Source of the DNA: Zetaproteobacteria bacterium
GTDB lineage: Bacteria; Pseudomonadota; Zetaproteobacteria; Mariprofundales; Mariprofundaceae
Assembly (NCBI GenBank): GCA_003695905.1
Contig: RFGS01000045.1
Span: 1-54,681 of the forward strand
Direction: 5' to 3'
Length of the DNA stretch: 54,681 nucleotides
The position numbers and the translations under genes are program-made. The notes beneath the pieces are model-generated. The model had not been told where the DNA came from. It ran no database searches and saw only the letters and a program-made list of their open reading frames with translations. Every line of letters begins with the position of its first letter. The first letter of the stretch is position 1. Positions 38,514-50,129 of the stretch are shown here, piece after piece.

Positions 38514-40130
38514 ATGATCCAGAGGAAATTCGACAATCGAGCAGCCATACAGGTTGATTTCCTGGTCATCGGCAGCGGTGCGGCCGGTCTGTATGTGGCC
38601 TCCAAGCTGCAACCGCATGGCCGCGTTGCCCTGGTCAGCAAAGGCCCAACCTCGGATGCCAATACTTGGTTTGCCCAGGGCGGCATTGCTGGCGTGCTTT
38701 CCAGCCAGGATTCCATTGAATGCCACGTTCAGGACACGCTGGCTGCCGGTGCCGGGCTGTGCCGGGAACATGTCGTCCGCGAAGTGGTGGCCCGAGGAAG
38801 TGAAATCATCCGTGAACTGATCGCCATCGGGACACGTTTTGATACACACGAAGGGAAGCTACACCTAACACGTGAAGGTGGACACAGCCAACGTCGAATT
38901 GCCCACGCCCAAGATGCAACGGGACGGGCCATTGCTGAGGCCCTGCAACTGCAGCTGAGGCCGTCTCTGATAAGGCTGACCGGCTATACGGCGATTGATC
39001 TGATCACCAGCCATCACATCGGCAACTATGCGGGGCCAAACCAATGCCTCGGAGCCTACTTTCTGGCACCTGATGGTCAGGTCGTTTCCGTGGCATCCCG
39101 TTTCACAATCCTAGCCACGGGGGGGGCGGGCAAAGTGTACCTGTACACATCGAACCCTCATGGCGCTAGCGGTGATGGAATCGCCATGGCATGGCGCGCG
39201 GGATGTCCAGTTGTCAACATGGAGTTCATACAGTTTCACCCGACGTGCCTGTTTCATCGTGACGGATCCAACCTACTCCTCTCGGAGGCCCTACGCGGTG
39301 AAGGAGCACATATCGTCGATGCGCATGGCCGACGTTTCACATTTGATTACGACGAACGAGGAGAGCTTGCACCCCGGGACATTGTGGCGCGTGCCATCGA
39401 TCACGAAATGAAAAAACAAGGTGTTGACTGCATGTACCTTGATGCACGTCATCTGGGCGAACAACGCATCAATCGGCAGTTCCCGAACATTCGCAAACGC
39501 CTGCTGGAGCTTGGACTGGACTTGGTCTCATCGACAATCCCGATCGTTCCTGCAGCCCATTACACCTGTGGGGGCATTGATACGGATGTGGCGGGCCATA
39601 CGGCCATCGAACACCTCTACGCTATTGGCGAAACCGCCCACTCGGGTCTGCACGGAGCCAATCGGCTGGCCAGCAACTCTTTGCTCGAATGCCTGGTCAT
39701 GGCCGATTTCTGCGCCAAAAGCATCCTGGCACAAACCCCGCCGCCTATACCACACGTCCCAGCTTGGGATGACAGCGGTGTCGAGCCTGAGGTCGAACGC
39801 ATCGCCATCAAGCAAAATTGGGATGAAATTCGTTCCCTGATGTCTCATTACGTGGGTATCGTGCGCTCCAATGAACGATTGCGCCGCGCAAAGCGCAGAC
39901 TACTGATGATTCAGAACGAAATTGCCGATCATTTTTGGAGACATCCGGTTTCCCGCGACCTGATCGAGCTACGCAACCTTGCCCTGGTCGCAGGATTGAT
40001 CATCAGATCAGCCCAAATGCGTCACGAATCGCGCGGGCTGCACTATTCAACGGACTATCCATACTCTCTTGAAGAGCCTCGAGATACAGTACTCATTCCC
40101 GATACAAGCGATGAGCTCGACTGTCACTGA
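38514..40130 (+). CDS. nadB: L-aspartate oxidase
   Basis: Start re-assigned to MIQRKFDNRAAIQVDFLVIGSGAAGL. FAD motifs, the FHPT motif (IQFHPTCL) and GETAHSGLHGANRLASNSLLE are present. Confidence 0.94.
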   Translation: MIQRKFDNRAAIQVDFLVIGSGAAGLYVASKLQPHGRVALVSKGPTSDANTWFAQGGIAGVLSSQDSIECHVQDTLAAGAGLCREHVVREVVARGSEIIRELIAIGTRFDTHEGKLHLTREGGHSQRRIAHAQDATGRAIAEALQLQLRPSLIRLTGYTAIDLITSHHIGNYAGPNQCLGAYFLAPDGQVVSVASRFTILATGGAGKVYLYTSNPHGASGDGIAMAWRAGCPVVNMEFIQFHPTCLFHRDGSNLLLSEALRGEGAHIVDAHGRRFTFDYDERGELAPRDIVARAIDHEMKKQGVDCMYLDARHLGEQRINRQFPNIRKRLLELGLDLVSSTIPIVPAAHYTCGGIDTDVAGHTAIEHLYAIGETAHSGLHGANRLASNSLLECLVMADFCAKSILAQTPPPIPHVPAWDDSGVEPEVERIAIKQNWDEIRSLMSHYVGIVRSNERLRRAKRRLLMIQNEIADHFWRHPVSRDLIELRNLALVAGLIIRSAQMRHESRGLHYSTDYPYSLEEPRDTVLIPDTSDELDCH

Positions 40131-40404
40131 ACGCTGTGCATATGTTCGCCTCCGAGGCCGGGTCCAGGGGGTGGGTTTCAGATACTGGACACGCAGCCAA
40201 GCCATGCAGCTTGGCATCAGGGGCTGGGTACGCAACTGTGCTGACGAAAGTGTCGAAGCCATGCTGTGTGGACCTGAACCGGACCTGCAAACCATGCTGA
40301 AACGCCTTCGCCGGGGCCCGGTCATGGCCAGAGTCGAAAGTATGGAAATTCGCTGGCTCGATATAACCCCCGAAAACTCGGGATTCCAGATCATCTACCC
40401 ATAA
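40111..40404 (+). CDS. acyP: Acylphosphatase
   Basis: 97 aa from the ATG at 40111, with the VRLRGRVQGVGFRYWT motif and GWVRN. Overlaps the nadB 3' end by 20 nt. Confidence 0.85.
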   Translation: MSSTVTERCAYVRLRGRVQGVGFRYWTRSQAMQLGIRGWVRNCADESVEAMLCGPEPDLQTMLKRLRRGPVMARVESMEIRWLDITPENSGFQIIYP

Positions 40405-40430
40405 AAAAAGGCCGCCTGAGGCGGCCTTTC
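40403..40430. terminator. Bidirectional rho-independent terminator between acyP (+) and rplQ (-)
   Basis: AAAAAAA-GGCCGCC-tga-GGCGGCC-TTTC. On the minus strand the stem is followed by a run of 7 T, making it a strong terminator for the alpha operon. On the plus strand it is weaker. Confidence 0.8.
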
Positions 40431-40449
40431 ATGCCTTGACATCTGCGAA

Positions 40450-40830
40450 TCAATGAGACTCAGTCTCGCTTCCGGGCTTCTCGACGAGCTCGATCACGGC
40501 CTTGGGGGCTGCGTCTCCAGCACGAAAGCCCGTTTTAATGATGCGCGTATATCCGCCCGGGCGATCAGCAAAAACAGGTGCAATCTCGCTAAAAAGGCGA
40601 TCAACGATCTTCCGATGGCGCAGCTTGGCCAGGGCCTGACGGCGAGCATGCAGATCTCCTCGCTTGCCCAAGGTGATCAGCTTCTCAACATATGGGCGGA
40701 CAGCCCTAGCCTTAGCTTCCGTCGTTTCAATTCGACCGTGCTCAAGCAAGGCCATAGCCAAGTTGGCCAGCACAGCACGGCGATGGCCTGTCGGCAGCCC
40801 AAGTGATCCTCGATGCTTACGGTGTCTCAT
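40450..40830 (-). CDS. rplQ: 50S ribosomal protein L17
   Basis: [25 protein letters not shown]... Last gene of the alpha operon. Confidence 0.97.
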   Translation of the reverse strand: MRHRKHRGSLGLPTGHRRAVLANLAMALLEHGRIETTEAKARAVRPYVEKLITLGKRGDLHARRQALAKLRHRKIVDRLFSEIAPVFADRPGGYTRIIKTGFRAGDAAPKAVIELVEKPGSETESH

Positions 40831-40845
40831 GTCTTCTCCTTAACC

Positions 40846-41829
40846 CTATGCAGCGTTGTTCGATGCCGCATCATCGTCCCTTGGCGGCCAGTTCTCCAGC
40901 TTCATGCCGAGATGAAGACCCATTTTTTCGAGAACCTCCTTGATTTCCATCAAGGACTTACGACCAAAGTTGGGCGTGCGCAGCATCTCCTGCTCAGTAC
41001 GCTGTACTAGATCGCCGACACGGAAGATGTCGTCGCTCTTCAGGCAATTCATGGAGCGCACGGAAAGATCAAGGTGATCGATCGGCTGCGCAAGCAATTC
41101 TTCCAAGGCCCGATTGTCCTCTTGGTCCTCCTCAACGGGCTCCACAGCCGTGAAGTCGGCAAACACGACGAGCTGCTCTTGAATGATGCGAGCAGCTTCA
41201 CCAATAGCCTCCTCTGGCGTCAGGGAGCCATCCGTCTCTACCTCCATGATGAGCTTGTCGTAGTTGGTCTTCTGACCGACTCGGGCCTGTTCAACGCGTG
41301 TAGCCACACGACGAATCGGAGAAAAGGATGCATCAAGAAGCAGCGTGCCGACACTGCGCTCTACATGTTCGCGCTCGCTAGCTGGCACATAGCCGCGACC
41401 CTTTTCCAGAACGGCCTCGAATTTCAATGCTCCGTCCTCGTTAAGATGCGCAATGACGAGATCAGGGTTGAGCACCTGAACATTGGCCGGGCACTGGATG
41501 TCTCCCGCCGTCACGATGGCTGGCCCCTTGACATCTAGATGCACCGTGGAGGACTCGAGGCCATCCATGCGGAACGCAATGTCCTTCAGGCTCAGAATGA
41601 TATCCAGCACATCCTCACGTACCCCTTTGATGGTGTCGAACTCATGCATTACGCCATCAAACTTGACGGAGGTGATGGCTGTGCCCATAAGAGAGGAAAG
41701 CAGCATGCGGCGCAGGCTGTTGCCAATCGTCGTTCCATGCCCACGCTCCAGGGGTTCAAAAACAATCTTTGCAGAACACCCAGGAATGCGTTCCTCAACA
41801 GTAATGCTGCGTGGCTTAATCAGGTTCAT
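40846..41829 (-). CDS. rpoA: DNA-directed RNA polymerase alpha subunit
   Basis: 327 aa. NTD with [16 protein letters not shown] and CTD with [12 protein letters not shown]. Confidence 0.97.
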   Translation of the reverse strand: MNLIKPRSITVEERIPGCSAKIVFEPLERGHGTTIGNSLRRMLLSSLMGTAITSVKFDGVMHEFDTIKGVREDVLDIILSLKDIAFRMDGLESSTVHLDVKGPAIVTAGDIQCPANVQVLNPDLVIAHLNEDGALKFEAVLEKGRGYVPASEREHVERSVGTLLLDASFSPIRRVATRVEQARVGQKTNYDKLIMEVETDGSLTPEEAIGEAARIIQEQLVVFADFTAVEPVEEDQEDNRALEELLAQPIDHLDLSVRSMNCLKSDDIFRVGDLVQRTEQEMLRTPNFGRKSLMEIKEVLEKMGLHLGMKLENWPPRDDDAASNNAA

Positions 41830-41849
41830 CGCTTCCCTCGTTCTATGGA

Positions 41850-42479
41850 TTACTTGGAGTAAAGCTCGACAATCAACTGCTCACGAATATTCGGATCCAG
41901 TTGGTCTCTTGTCGGAAGCGCTCGATAAACGCCTTGCTTACTTGGCAGGTCAACGTCAAGCCATTCGGCAGTCCCGCGAGATGCAGCTGCCTCAACAGCT
42001 GCATTCACGCGCAATTGTTCCTTGGCGGCTTCCACAAGTTCAATGCGCGCGCCAACAGGCACCAGAAACGATGGAATGTTGACCTTTCGGCCGTTAACCT
42101 TGACCAGCTTGTGACGAACAAGCTGCCTGGCCTCTGATCGTGAACAGGCCAGACCCATGCGGTAAACCACATTGTCAAGGCGAGACTCGATAAGCTGCAG
42201 AAGGTTCAAGCCCGTCACACCAGGCATCCGATCAGCCTTCTCAAAGTACTTCCTAAATTGCTTCTCCTGCAGCCCATAGATACGCTTTACCTTTTGTTTC
42301 TCGCGCAACTGCATGCCATAGTCGGATACCTTTGCCCGACGCATTTGTCCATGCATGCCCGGAGCATAGGGGCGCCTTTCCATGGCGCACTTGTCCGAAT
42401 AACACTTGCTGCCCTTGAGATAGAGCTTCTCGCCTTCGCGTCTGCACAGACGGCATTTCGCTTCGAGGTAACGTGCCAT
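41850..42479 (-). CDS. rpsD: 30S ribosomal protein S4
   Basis: [23 protein letters not shown]..., with an S4 domain. Confidence 0.97.
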   Translation of the reverse strand: MARYLEAKCRLCRREGEKLYLKGSKCYSDKCAMERRPYAPGMHGQMRRAKVSDYGMQLREKQKVKRIYGLQEKQFRKYFEKADRMPGVTGLNLLQLIESRLDNVVYRMGLACSRSEARQLVRHKLVKVNGRKVNIPSFLVPVGARIELVEAAKEQLRVNAAVEAAASRGTAEWLDVDLPSKQGVYRALPTRDQLDPNIREQLIVELYSK

Positions 42480-42499
42480 GTTCCTTTTCTCCTAAACCG

Positions 42500-42886
42500 T
42501 TAAACGCGGCGCCGCTTCGGAGGGCGGCAACCATTATGAGGAATTGGCGTAATATCGCGAATGAAGGTCACATTGATGCCACTTGCGGCAATGGCCCGCA
42601 GCGCAGACTCCCGGCCGGATCCAGGGCCCTTGATCATGACCGCAACATTCTTTACACCATGTTCGATGGCCTTCTGGGCAGCCTGTTCAGCAGCCACCTG
42701 AGCGGCAAAAGGCGTACTCTTGCGTGAGCCACGGAAGTTGGCGCCGCTGCTTGCCCAGCAGATGGCATTTCCTGCCTCGTCGGTAAACGTAATGATCGTA
42801 TTGTTAAACGTTGCCTGGATATGCGCCACTGCATTGGCAACATTCTTGCGGGCTCGCTTCTTGCCCGAGGTTTTCGGTGCAGCCAT
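42500..42886 (-). CDS. rpsK: 30S ribosomal protein S11
   Basis: Start re-assigned to [31 protein letters not shown]-terminus [14 protein letters not shown]. Confidence 0.96.
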   Translation of the reverse strand: MAAPKTSGKKRARKNVANAVAHIQATFNNTIITFTDEAGNAICWASSGANFRGSRKSTPFAAQVAAEQAAQKAIEHGVKNVAVMIKGPGSGRESALRAIAASGINVTFIRDITPIPHNGCRPPKRRRV

Positions 42887-42903
42887 TCTTTTACCTACCT
42901 CTG

Positions 42904-43272
42904 TTACTTTTTCTTGCCGGCCACAGTGCGGCGAGGTCCCTTGCGGGTACGCGCATTGGTCTTCGTGCGCTGCCCACGGACCGGAAGGCCGCGACGATGC
43001 CGCAGACCCCGATAACACCCCAGGTCCGTCAGCCTCTTGATATTCATCGTGACCTCTCGACGCAAATCGCCCTCGACCGTGTATTCCTGGTCAATGACGG
43101 ATCGGATCCTATCCACTTCTGCATCAGTCAGATCCTTGACCCGGGTATCCGGATTGACCCCTGCGGCCTCAAGAACCTTACGCGACCTGCTCAGGCCGAT
43201 GCCATAGATATAGGTCAGCGCGATTTCCACGCGCTTCTGCGTCGGAATATTTACTCCGGCTATACGAGCCAC
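42904..43272 (-). CDS. rpsM: 30S ribosomal protein S13
   Basis: A GTG at 43272, 6 nt after AAGGAGG, gives (M)[25 protein letters not shown]. Confidence 0.96.
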   Translation of the reverse strand: MARIAGVNIPTQKRVEIALTYIYGIGLSRSRKVLEAAGVNPDTRVKDLTDAEVDRIRSVIDQEYTVEGDLRREVTMNIKRLTDLGCYRGLRHRRGLPVRGQRTKTNARTRKGPRRTVAGKKK

Positions 43273-43340
43273 TTCATGCCTCCTTGAGCTCCACAAAAAA
43301 GGGCGCGAAGGTTATCCAGATGGACGCTCCTGCGCAACCT

Positions 43341-43454
43341 TTATCCCTGCCGCTGCTTATGTCGGGGATTTTCGCAGATGATGCGAATGACACCCTTGCG
43401 CCGAATGACGCGGCATTTATTACACATTTTTTTCACCGATGCACGGACCTTCAC
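43341..43454 (-). CDS. rpmJ: 50S ribosomal protein L36 (Zn-ribbon form)
   Basis: Below the ORF-track cutoff. Manual translation from the GTG at 43454, after GGAGG, gives (M)[36 protein letters not shown]. Confidence 0.92.
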   Translation of the reverse strand: MKVRASVKKMCNKCRVIRRKGVIRIICENPRHKQRQG

Positions 43455-43481
43455 GCCTGCGCCTCCTCAATAAAGCATTGT

Positions 43482-43700
43482 TTACTTCTCACGGTAGCTG
43501 ATGCGCCCTCGTGTCAAGTCGTAGGGAGAGATCTCAACGGTGACGCGATCACCCGGTAGAATCCGAATGTAGTACTTACGCATCTTGCCGGAGATGGTAC
43601 AAAGCAGTTCGTGACCGTTCTCAAGCCTTATCTTGAACATCGCGTTCGGCAGCTTCTCGATCACCTCTCCCGTCATTTCAATGATGCCTTCTTTAGCCAT
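43482..43700 (-). CDS. infA: Translation initiation factor IF-1
   Basis: 72 aa: [51 protein letters not shown]. Confidence 0.97.
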   Translation of the reverse strand: MAKEGIIEMTGEVIEKLPNAMFKIRLENGHELLCTISGKMRKYYIRILPGDRVTVEISPYDLTRGRISYREK

Positions 43701-44337
43701 CTGCCTGCTTCACCATCCGTAGTAATTTCTCATAAACCTCATCCGCCCCTCCATTGGCATCCACCATGCCAAAGACCGGACGATTGCGGTAATAGGACAG
43801 CAATGGGGCTGTCTGCTCACGATAGACACGTAGCCTGTCGGCAATGACGTCTTCTCGGTCATCCTCGCGCTGGTAGAGCTCGCCACCGCATTGATCACAT
43901 ACTCCCGGAATTTTGGGAGGCGAATAATGCCGATGAAATCCAAAACCGCAAGCCCGACAGATCAGACGACCAGTCAATCGCTCAAGCAGGGTTTCCTCTG
44001 ATGCGTCCATGAACACGATGGCATCAAGGTGCAGACCCTGTCGATCGAGCATGGCATCCAACGCCCTGGCCTGGGCAACATTACGTGGGAAGCCATCCAG
44101 CAAAAAACCCTGCACATTATGAATTCGATCCTCAATCATGCGCACAACAAGTTCATCGGGGACCAGTTCGCCAGCATCCATGTAGGCCTTTGCCTTCTTG
44201 CCGGCCTCGGTTCCTTGGCGCACGGCTTCTCGCAATAGATCGCCCATGGCGAGATGGACAATCCCCACTTCTCGAGCCAAACGTTGGCCCTGGGTTCCCT
44301 TGCCCACGCCTGGAGGTCCGAAAAGAAGAACGTTCAT
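43693..44337 (-). CDS. adk: Adenylate kinase (Cys4 zinc-lid type)
   Basis: P-loop [10 protein letters not shown]. The lid has CRACG...CDQCGG. Confidence 0.96.
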   Translation of the reverse strand: MNVLLFGPPGVGKGTQGQRLAREVGIVHLAMGDLLREAVRQGTEAGKKAKAYMDAGELVPDELVVRMIEDRIHNVQGFLLDGFPRNVAQARALDAMLDRQGLHLDAIVFMDASEETLLERLTGRLICRACGFGFHRHYSPPKIPGVCDQCGGELYQREDDREDVIADRLRVYREQTAPLLSYYRNRPVFGMVDANGGADEVYEKLLRMVKQADG

Positions 44338-45671
44338 CGACGCGTCTTCAAGCGGGCCTGCTTCATCAGCCCTTCATACTGATGGCTTAGCAGATGGGCC
44401 TGTATCTGGCCCATGGTGTCCATGGTGACGACCACGACAATGAGTAGACTCGTGCCACCGAAATAGAAGGGAACAGAAAGCTCAGCAATAAGCCATTGGG
44501 GAAGCAGACAGACCAGGGAAACATAGATGGCGCCCAAAACTGTAATCCTGGTCAGAACACTATCAATGTACTCGGCGGTTTTCTGGCCGGGACGAATGCC
44601 GGGAATGAAGCCACCATGCTTCTTCAGACTGTCCGCGGTGTCTTTGGGATTGAATACAATGGCCGTGTAAAAGAAACAGAAAAACACGATCAACACCGTG
44701 AACAGCAGCAAATAAAGCCAACTGCCGGGATTGAGCGCCGCGGAAACATCTGAAAGCCAACCAAAACCTTCAGCCCCCTTGGTGAACTGGGCAAATGTGG
44801 CCGGCAGGAGAATCAGCGAGGAAGCGAAAATTGGCGGAATCACGCCGGCCGTATTGACCTTCAGGGGCAGAAAGGATGCCTTTCCGCCATAGACCCGGTT
44901 GCCAACCTGCCGTTTAGCATACTGGATTGGGATGCGACGCTGCGCACGCTCAAACCAAACCACGATGCCAGTCACAGCCAGGGCAAGCGCAAAGAGACCT
45001 AGAACCGTGAGCGGAGAATATTCACCCGTCCTGGCTAGCTCCAGTGTGCCACCGATAGCTGAGGGAAGCCCAGCGACTATGCCTGCAAAGATGATCAGGG
45101 AAATACCATTGCCAATTCCGCGCTCGGTGATTTGCTCACCGATCCACATCAGGAAGACAGTTCCAGAAACCAGCGTAATGACAGTCATGGCCTTGAAACC
45201 CAAGCCAGGTTCGATGACCACCGGTACGCCATTGACCGAAAAGGTTTCAAGACCGACGGAAATCCCAATAGCCTGGAAAAAGGCAAGAACCACAGTGCCA
45301 TATCGGGTATACTCAGTGATCTTTCGTCGTCCAGCCTCGCCTTCCTTCTTAAGCTGCTCAAGTTTCGGCGAAACAACCGTCATCAGCTGAATAATGATGG
45401 CAGCCGAGATGTAAGGCATGATGCCGAGAGCAAAAATGGTCAACCTGGACAAGGCTCCACCGGAGAACATGTCAAACATGCCCAGCAGGCTACCTTGGGC
45501 TTGCTGGAAAAACTGTGCGAGCACCTCTGCATTCATACCCGGCACAGGGATGTGGGCACCGATCCTGTAGACAATCAGCATGCCCAGCGTGAAGAGGATG
45601 CGTGACTTCAGCTCCGGTATCTTGCCGATGTCACCCAAACCACCAAGCTGGACAGCTTGTTGCGTGGCCAT
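44334..45671 (-). CDS. secY: Preprotein translocase subunit SecY
   Basis: 445 aa with 10 TM helices. Follows rplO in the spc operon. Confidence 0.97.
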   Translation of the reverse strand: MATQQAVQLGGLGDIGKIPELKSRILFTLGMLIVYRIGAHIPVPGMNAEVLAQFFQQAQGSLLGMFDMFSGGALSRLTIFALGIMPYISAAIIIQLMTVVSPKLEQLKKEGEAGRRKITEYTRYGTVVLAFFQAIGISVGLETFSVNGVPVVIEPGLGFKAMTVITLVSGTVFLMWIGEQITERGIGNGISLIIFAGIVAGLPSAIGGTLELARTGEYSPLTVLGLFALALAVTGIVVWFERAQRRIPIQYAKRQVGNRVYGGKASFLPLKVNTAGVIPPIFASSLILLPATFAQFTKGAEGFGWLSDVSAALNPGSWLYLLLFTVLIVFFCFFYTAIVFNPKDTADSLKKHGGFIPGIRPGQKTAEYIDSVLTRITVLGAIYVSLVCLLPQWLIAELSVPFYFGGTSLLIVVVVTMDTMGQIQAHLLSHQYEGLMKQARLKTRR

Positions 45672-45673
45672 AT

Positions 45674-46126
45674 TCAGACAGCCTCTGGAGTCAAAACACT
45701 ACCGCCTGCCGCCTCTACCTTTGCCTTCGCTGACTGCGAACAGGCGGCAAGACGCACCTCAAGCTTCTTGTTGAGATCCCCACGCGCCAACAACTTGACC
45801 GGATCGATTGCATTTCGAATCAAGCCAGCCTCATACAACACGGAGGCATCAATGGTCATGCCGTCCGCGAAGCGCTCGAGTTGACCGACATTGACAACCT
45901 GATAACCCTTGGCCATGGACGTGAAGCCCCGCTTGGGTAGGCGTCGGATCAGCGGCATCTGCCCGCCCTCAAAACCGCGCGCTACCTTGCCGCCACTCCG
46001 GGACTTCTGGCCCTTGTGCCCCCGGCCGGAGGTCTTGCCATGACCAGATCCCATGCCGCAGCCAAGGCGCTTGCGCGACCTGCGTGCGCCGATCGTCGGT
46101 GAGAGATTGTTCAGTTTCATTGCCAT
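45674..46126 (-). CDS. rplO: 50S ribosomal protein L15
   Basis: [41 protein letters not shown]. Confidence 0.97.
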   Translation of the reverse strand: MAMKLNNLSPTIGARRSRKRLGCGMGSGHGKTSGRGHKGQKSRSGGKVARGFEGGQMPLIRRLPKRGFTSMAKGYQVVNVGQLERFADGMTIDASVLYEAGLIRNAIDPVKLLARGDLNKKLEVRLAACSQSAKAKVEAAGGSVLTPEAV

Positions 46127-46317
46127 TACTCCCCAGACTCGATTCGAACCAGATGACGGACCTTGTTCACCATGCCGCGAACAGCCGGTGTATCCTCCAG
46201 CTCCACAACCTGATTAAGCCTGCGAAAGCCGAGACCACGCAAGGTCGCCTTCTGATCCTTTGAATAGCCGATTCCACTCTTGACTTGACGGATGCTGATC
46301 GTCTTCTTCTTAGCCAT
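46126..46317 (-). CDS. rpmD: 50S ribosomal protein L30
   Basis: Start re-assigned to [30 protein letters not shown] (ATG at 46317; an adjacent ATG at 46320 is also possible). Confidence 0.95.
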   Translation of the reverse strand: MAKKKTISIRQVKSGIGYSKDQKATLRGLGFRRLNQVVELEDTPAVRGMVNKVRHLVRIESGE

Positions 46318-46342
46318 CATGTTCTCCCAGTGATCCGGTATC

Positions 46343-46825
46343 TCAGTTCTTGCCGCGCCGAGCCGAAATCTGATCCGGACTCTCAAGTGCCTTCAGACCA
46401 TTGAACGTCGCTCGCACCAAGTTAAGCGGATTACGCGAACCAAGGCTCTTGGTCAACACATCACGCACGCCAACTGCATCAAGAACGGCACGCACTGCAG
46501 AGCCGGCGATCACACCCGTACCTTCACTTGCTGGCTTTAACAGCACACTGGTAGCGTCCTGCCTGCCGATTACTTCATAATGGATCGTGCCATCCTTGCG
46601 CGGAACATAGATCAGCGATTTGCGTGCAATCTCCGTTGCCTTGCGGATGGCTTCGGGAACCTCCTTGGCTTTTGCATGGCCGAAACCGACGTGCCCATTG
46701 CCGTCGCCAACAACCATCAGCGCTGAAAACCCCATTCGGCGCCCACCAGCAACGGTCTTTGCCACCCGGTTGATGTGAATAAGCTTTTCTGTCAGCTCCA
46801 ATTCATCTGCATTGATCATTTGCAT
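46343..46825 (-). CDS. rpsE: 30S ribosomal protein S5
   Basis: [43 protein letters not shown]. Confidence 0.97.
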   Translation of the reverse strand: MQMINADELELTEKLIHINRVAKTVAGGRRMGFSALMVVGDGNGHVGFGHAKAKEVPEAIRKATEIARKSLIYVPRKDGTIHYEVIGRQDATSVLLKPASEGTGVIAGSAVRAVLDAVGVRDVLTKSLGSRNPLNLVRATFNGLKALESPDQISARRGKN

Positions 46826-46831
46826 GCTCTC

Positions 46832-47185
46832 CTAGAACTTCAATCCACCAGCGCGGGCACCCTCAGCCAAGGCCTTCACACGACCATGATAGGGATAGCG
46901 TCCGCGATCGAAGGCAACTTCACTGATGCCAGCCGCCAATGCACGTTCGGCGATCAGCCTTCCTACAGCCTCCGCACCACTCTTGTTGCCGCCATTGTCA
47001 ATGCCAGCCTCGAGGCTCGAGGCAGCGGCAAGCGTACGGCCATGAACATCGTCAATCAGCTGAGCATAGATATGCCTCGCCGAGCGAAACACGCTCAGAC
47101 GAATGCGACCGCTGGCTTTGACCCGCGAGCGAACACGATGGGTTCTGCGGGCTGCACTATCATATTCATAACGCTTTGCAGACAT
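46832..47185 (-). CDS. rplR: 50S ribosomal protein L18
   Basis: [18 protein letters not shown]... with C-terminus [19 protein letters not shown]. Confidence 0.97.
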   Translation of the reverse strand: MSAKRYEYDSAARRTHRVRSRVKASGRIRLSVFRSARHIYAQLIDDVHGRTLAAASSLEAGIDNGGNKSGAEAVGRLIAERALAAGISEVAFDRGRYPYHGRVKALAEGARAGGLKF

Positions 47186-47217
47186 TCGTTAATCTCCTGC
47201 TTTTAATCGATGGCCAT

Positions 47218-47751
47218 TTAGGCCTTCTTGCCTTCCTTGATTGCGACATACTCATCAACATAGCGAATGCCCTTGCCCTTGTACGGCTCTGGCGGGCGAA
47301 AGGCGCGGATTTCCGCAGCAACCTGACCTACCCGCTGTTTATCGATGCCGGACAACACGATCTTGCTCTGCTCGACCTTGGCATCAACGCCGTCAGGCAA
47401 GGCATATTCCACCGGGTGTGAAAAGCCCAGTGAAAGCACAAGCTTGCGGCCTTGAGCCTGAGCACGATAACCAACACCGCGCAACTCAAGAACCTTCTCG
47501 AAACCCTTGCTCACGCCAAGCACATTATTGGCGACCAGCGCACGGCATAGGCCGAAAAACGACTTCTTGCGCTTGTTCGACATGTCATCACAGCGCAGTT
47601 GTAGCTCATTGCCATTCAATTCAGCCTGAATGCCATCCAGCAGAGGAGAACTCAATTCCCCCTTCGGCCCCTTGACGGTAACCAGATCCTCACTGATCTT
47701 CACCTCCACACCGGAGGGAATCGTAATCGGTTTCAAACCAATGCGTGACAT
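47218..47751 (-). CDS. rplF: 50S ribosomal protein L6
   Basis: MSRIGLKPITIPSGVEVKI....VTVKGPKGEL. Confidence 0.97.
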   Translation of the reverse strand: MSRIGLKPITIPSGVEVKISEDLVTVKGPKGELSSPLLDGIQAELNGNELQLRCDDMSNKRKKSFFGLCRALVANNVLGVSKGFEKVLELRGVGYRAQAQGRKLVLSLGFSHPVEYALPDGVDAKVEQSKIVLSGIDKQRVGQVAAEIRAFRPPEPYKGKGIRYVDEYVAIKEGKKA

Positions 47752-47761
47752 GACATTTACC

Positions 47762-48157
47762 TCAAAATACCGTGCAAAGGATTTCGCCGCCGACGTTGGC
47801 CTTGCGCGCGAGCTTATCGGTCATGATGCCCTGAGACGTGCTTATGATCGCCACGCCATACCCGTTCTTGACACGAGGCAGCTCCTTGGCCCCGGCGTAA
47901 ACGCGCCGACCTGGCTTAGATACACGCTTGATTTCGCGGATCACCGGCGCGCCTTCTTCGTCATATTTCAGCGTTAACCGGAGATAACGGTGGCCCTTAT
48001 GATTGTAGGCCTTTACGCCAGCCAGATAACCTTCTTCCTTGAGCAGCTTGGCAATCGATTCAAGCATCTTGCTCGCTGGAAGTTCAATCTTTTCTATCCC
48101 TGCCATCTGCGCGTTGCGAATCCGCGTCAGCATGTCGGCGATTCTGTCCATCATCAT
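47762..48157 (-). CDS. rpsH: 30S ribosomal protein S8
   Basis: DRIADMLTRIRNAQMAG... with C-terminus GGEILCTVF. Confidence 0.97.
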   Translation of the reverse strand: MMMDRIADMLTRIRNAQMAGIEKIELPASKMLESIAKLLKEEGYLAGVKAYNHKGHRYLRLTLKYDEEGAPVIREIKRVSKPGRRVYAGAKELPRVKNGYGVAIISTSQGIMTDKLARKANVGGEILCTVF

Positions 48158-48179
48158 GGCAATTTGTCCTCTTTACCAA

Positions 48180-48365
48180 TTACCAGCTAGATTTCACCAT
48201 GCCCGGGATTTCGCCGGCCAGGGCATGCTTTCGTAGGCAAACGCGGCACAATCCGAATTTGCGGTAAACCGAGTGCGGGCGGCCGCACATCTTGCAGCGC
48301 GTATAGGCTCGAACCTTAAACTTAGGCTTGCGGTTGCATTTGGCGATCATTCTCTTGGAAGCCAT
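48180..48365 (-). CDS. rpsN: 30S ribosomal protein S14, short Zn-ribbon (type Z) form
   Basis: Start re-assigned to give a 61-aa protein, [61 protein letters not shown], with CxxC...CxxC. Confidence 0.95.
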   Translation of the reverse strand: MASKRMIAKCNRKPKFKVRAYTRCKMCGRPHSVYRKFGLCRVCLRKHALAGEIPGMVKSSW

Positions 48366-48375
48366 CCCTATCTCC

Positions 48376-48915
48376 TCAATTACGGAAGGGCATGTTGAAA
48401 TGCTTAAGCAGAGCGCGCCCTTCCTCATCCGTATTGGCGGTTGTTACAATCGTGATGTCCATGCCACGAATGCGATCAACCTTGTCGTAATCAATTTCAG
48501 GAAAGATGATCTGTTCTTTGACACCCAGTGTGTAATTGCCGCGGCCGTCAAAGGACTTCGCCGAAACCCCCTTGAAATCACGAATTCGGGGCAGGGCGAT
48601 ATTGACCAAACGATCAAAAAACTCCCACATGCGGTCGCCGCGCAGAGTTACCCGGCAACCAACTGGCATACCTTCACGCAGTTTGAAGTTCGCAATGGAC
48701 TTGCGAGCCCGAGTGACAACCGGTTTCTGTCCAGTGATCAGGGTCATATCGCTGATCGCACCCTCAAGAGCCTTGGCATTCTGGGCGGCTTCGCCAACAC
48801 CCATGTTGACAACGATCTTGACCAACTTGGGTACCTGCATCGGATTCTTGTACCCAAACTGCTCAGCCAGCGCCGGAGCCACCTTTTCCTTGTAAAGCGT
48901 TTTCAAACGTGCCAT
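48376..48915 (-). CDS. rplE: 50S ribosomal protein L5
   Basis: [43 protein letters not shown]. Confidence 0.97.
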   Translation of the reverse strand: MARLKTLYKEKVAPALAEQFGYKNPMQVPKLVKIVVNMGVGEAAQNAKALEGAISDMTLITGQKPVVTRARKSIANFKLREGMPVGCRVTLRGDRMWEFFDRLVNIALPRIRDFKGVSAKSFDGRGNYTLGVKEQIIFPEIDYDKVDRIRGMDITIVTTANTDEEGRALLKHFNMPFRN

Positions 48916-48927
48916 TTCCGACTACTC

Positions 48928-49254
48928 CTACCGATCCACCACTTCGCCGCACTTGCGACAGAAGCGGACCTTACGCCCATCCTCAAGTTTCTTTGCACCA
49001 AGACGCACGCCGCTCTTGCATTTCGGGCAGTAGAACTGCACGTTCGAAATGGCTAGCGGAGCCTCCTTTTCGATGATGCCCCCGGCACTGGTCTGCGTGG
49101 CTCGCATATGGCGCTTGACCATATTCACCTTGGAGACCAACACGCGTCCTTCTGAAGGCATCACGCGAATGACCTTGCCTCGCGCGCCCTTGTCACGACC
49201 GGCAATGACCACAACTTCATCATCCCTGCGAATGCGTGATTTTACCATGTTCAT
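48928..49254 (-). CDS. rplX: 50S ribosomal protein L24
   Basis: Start re-assigned (MNMVKSRIRRDDEVVVIAGRDKGARGKV), with a KOW motif. An ATG at 49248 is an alternative. Confidence 0.95.
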   Translation of the reverse strand: MNMVKSRIRRDDEVVVIAGRDKGARGKVIRVMPSEGRVLVSKVNMVKRHMRATQTSAGGIIEKEAPLAISNVQFYCPKCKSGVRLGAKKLEDGRKVRFCRKCGEVVDR

Positions 49255-49270
49255 TGTTATGACCACCTTG

Positions 49271-49639
49271 TCAAAGCACTTCCGGCGCAAGGGAAATAAT
49301 CTTCATGTATCCCTTGGCGCGCAGCTCGCGCGTCACCGGCCCAAAAATGCGGGTTCCAATGGGCTCATTCTGCTTTGTCAGCAGCACGGCTGCATTCTCG
49401 TCGAAGCGAATCGAGCTTCCATCAGCGCGACGAAATTCTTTGGCCGTTCTAACTACAACAGCCCGTTGCACATCGCCCTTCTTGACCTTGCCTCCCGGCA
49501 TGGCTTCTTTCACTGCCACGACGATGACATCTCCGACCCGGGCATAACGTCGCTTGGATCCACCCAGAACCTTGATGCAGGCGACCTTCCGGGCTCCGGA
49601 ATTGTCAGCCACTTCCAGAATGGTCTCGTTCTGAATCAT
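49271..49639 (-). CDS. rplN: 50S ribosomal protein L14
   Basis: [28 protein letters not shown]. Confidence 0.97.
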   Translation of the reverse strand: MIQNETILEVADNSGARKVACIKVLGGSKRRYARVGDVIVVAVKEAMPGGKVKKGDVQRAVVVRTAKEFRRADGSSIRFDENAAVLLTKQNEPIGTRIFGPVTRELRAKGYMKIISLAPEVL

Positions 49640-49652
49640 TGCCTTCTCCCTG

Positions 49653-49922
49653 CTACAGTTGCTCGACGCGCGTCAGCACGTCCTGAAGCATCCAGCACTT
49701 ACGCTTGGAGATCGGGGCGCACTCTACGATGCGCACGCGATCGCCAATATTGCACGTGTTCGTCTCATCATGGGCCATGTACTTCTTGTGCGAGCGCACG
49801 GTCTTGCGATAGCGCGGATGCAGGAACTTTCGCTCAACCTCAACAACAATGGTCTTGTCGCCCCTGTTGCTGACAACCACACCTTCCAGCGTTCGCTTGT
49901 TGCTCTTCTTTTCAGTCATCAA
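49653..49922 (-). CDS. rpsQ: 30S ribosomal protein S17
   Basis: [31 protein letters not shown]. Confidence 0.97.
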   Translation of the reverse strand: MMTEKKSNKRTLEGVVVSNRGDKTIVVEVERKFLHPRYRKTVRSHKKYMAHDETNTCNIGDRVRIVECAPISKRKCWMLQDVLTRVEQL

Positions 49923-49931
49923 TCAAACCCC

Positions 49932-50129
49932 TTATGACCGTTCGCCCAGAATGGTCTTGATGCGTGCAATCTCACGACGTACCTGACGAATGCGCGCCGT
50001 ATTGGTCAGCTGCATCGTTGCTTTCTGAAAGCGCAGCTTCATGTGCTCAGCAGCGAGGTCATCCATACGCTGCCTGAGTTCTGCATCGTTCAATGCACGA
50101 AGATCCTTTGCTTTCTTGACGTCACTCAT
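49932..50129 (-). CDS. rpmC: 50S ribosomal protein L29
   Basis: 65 aa helical protein with [16 protein letters not shown]...[10 protein letters not shown]. Confidence 0.96.
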   Translation of the reverse strand: MSDVKKAKDLRALNDAELRQRMDDLAAEHMKLRFQKATMQLTNTARIRQVRREIARIKTILGERS

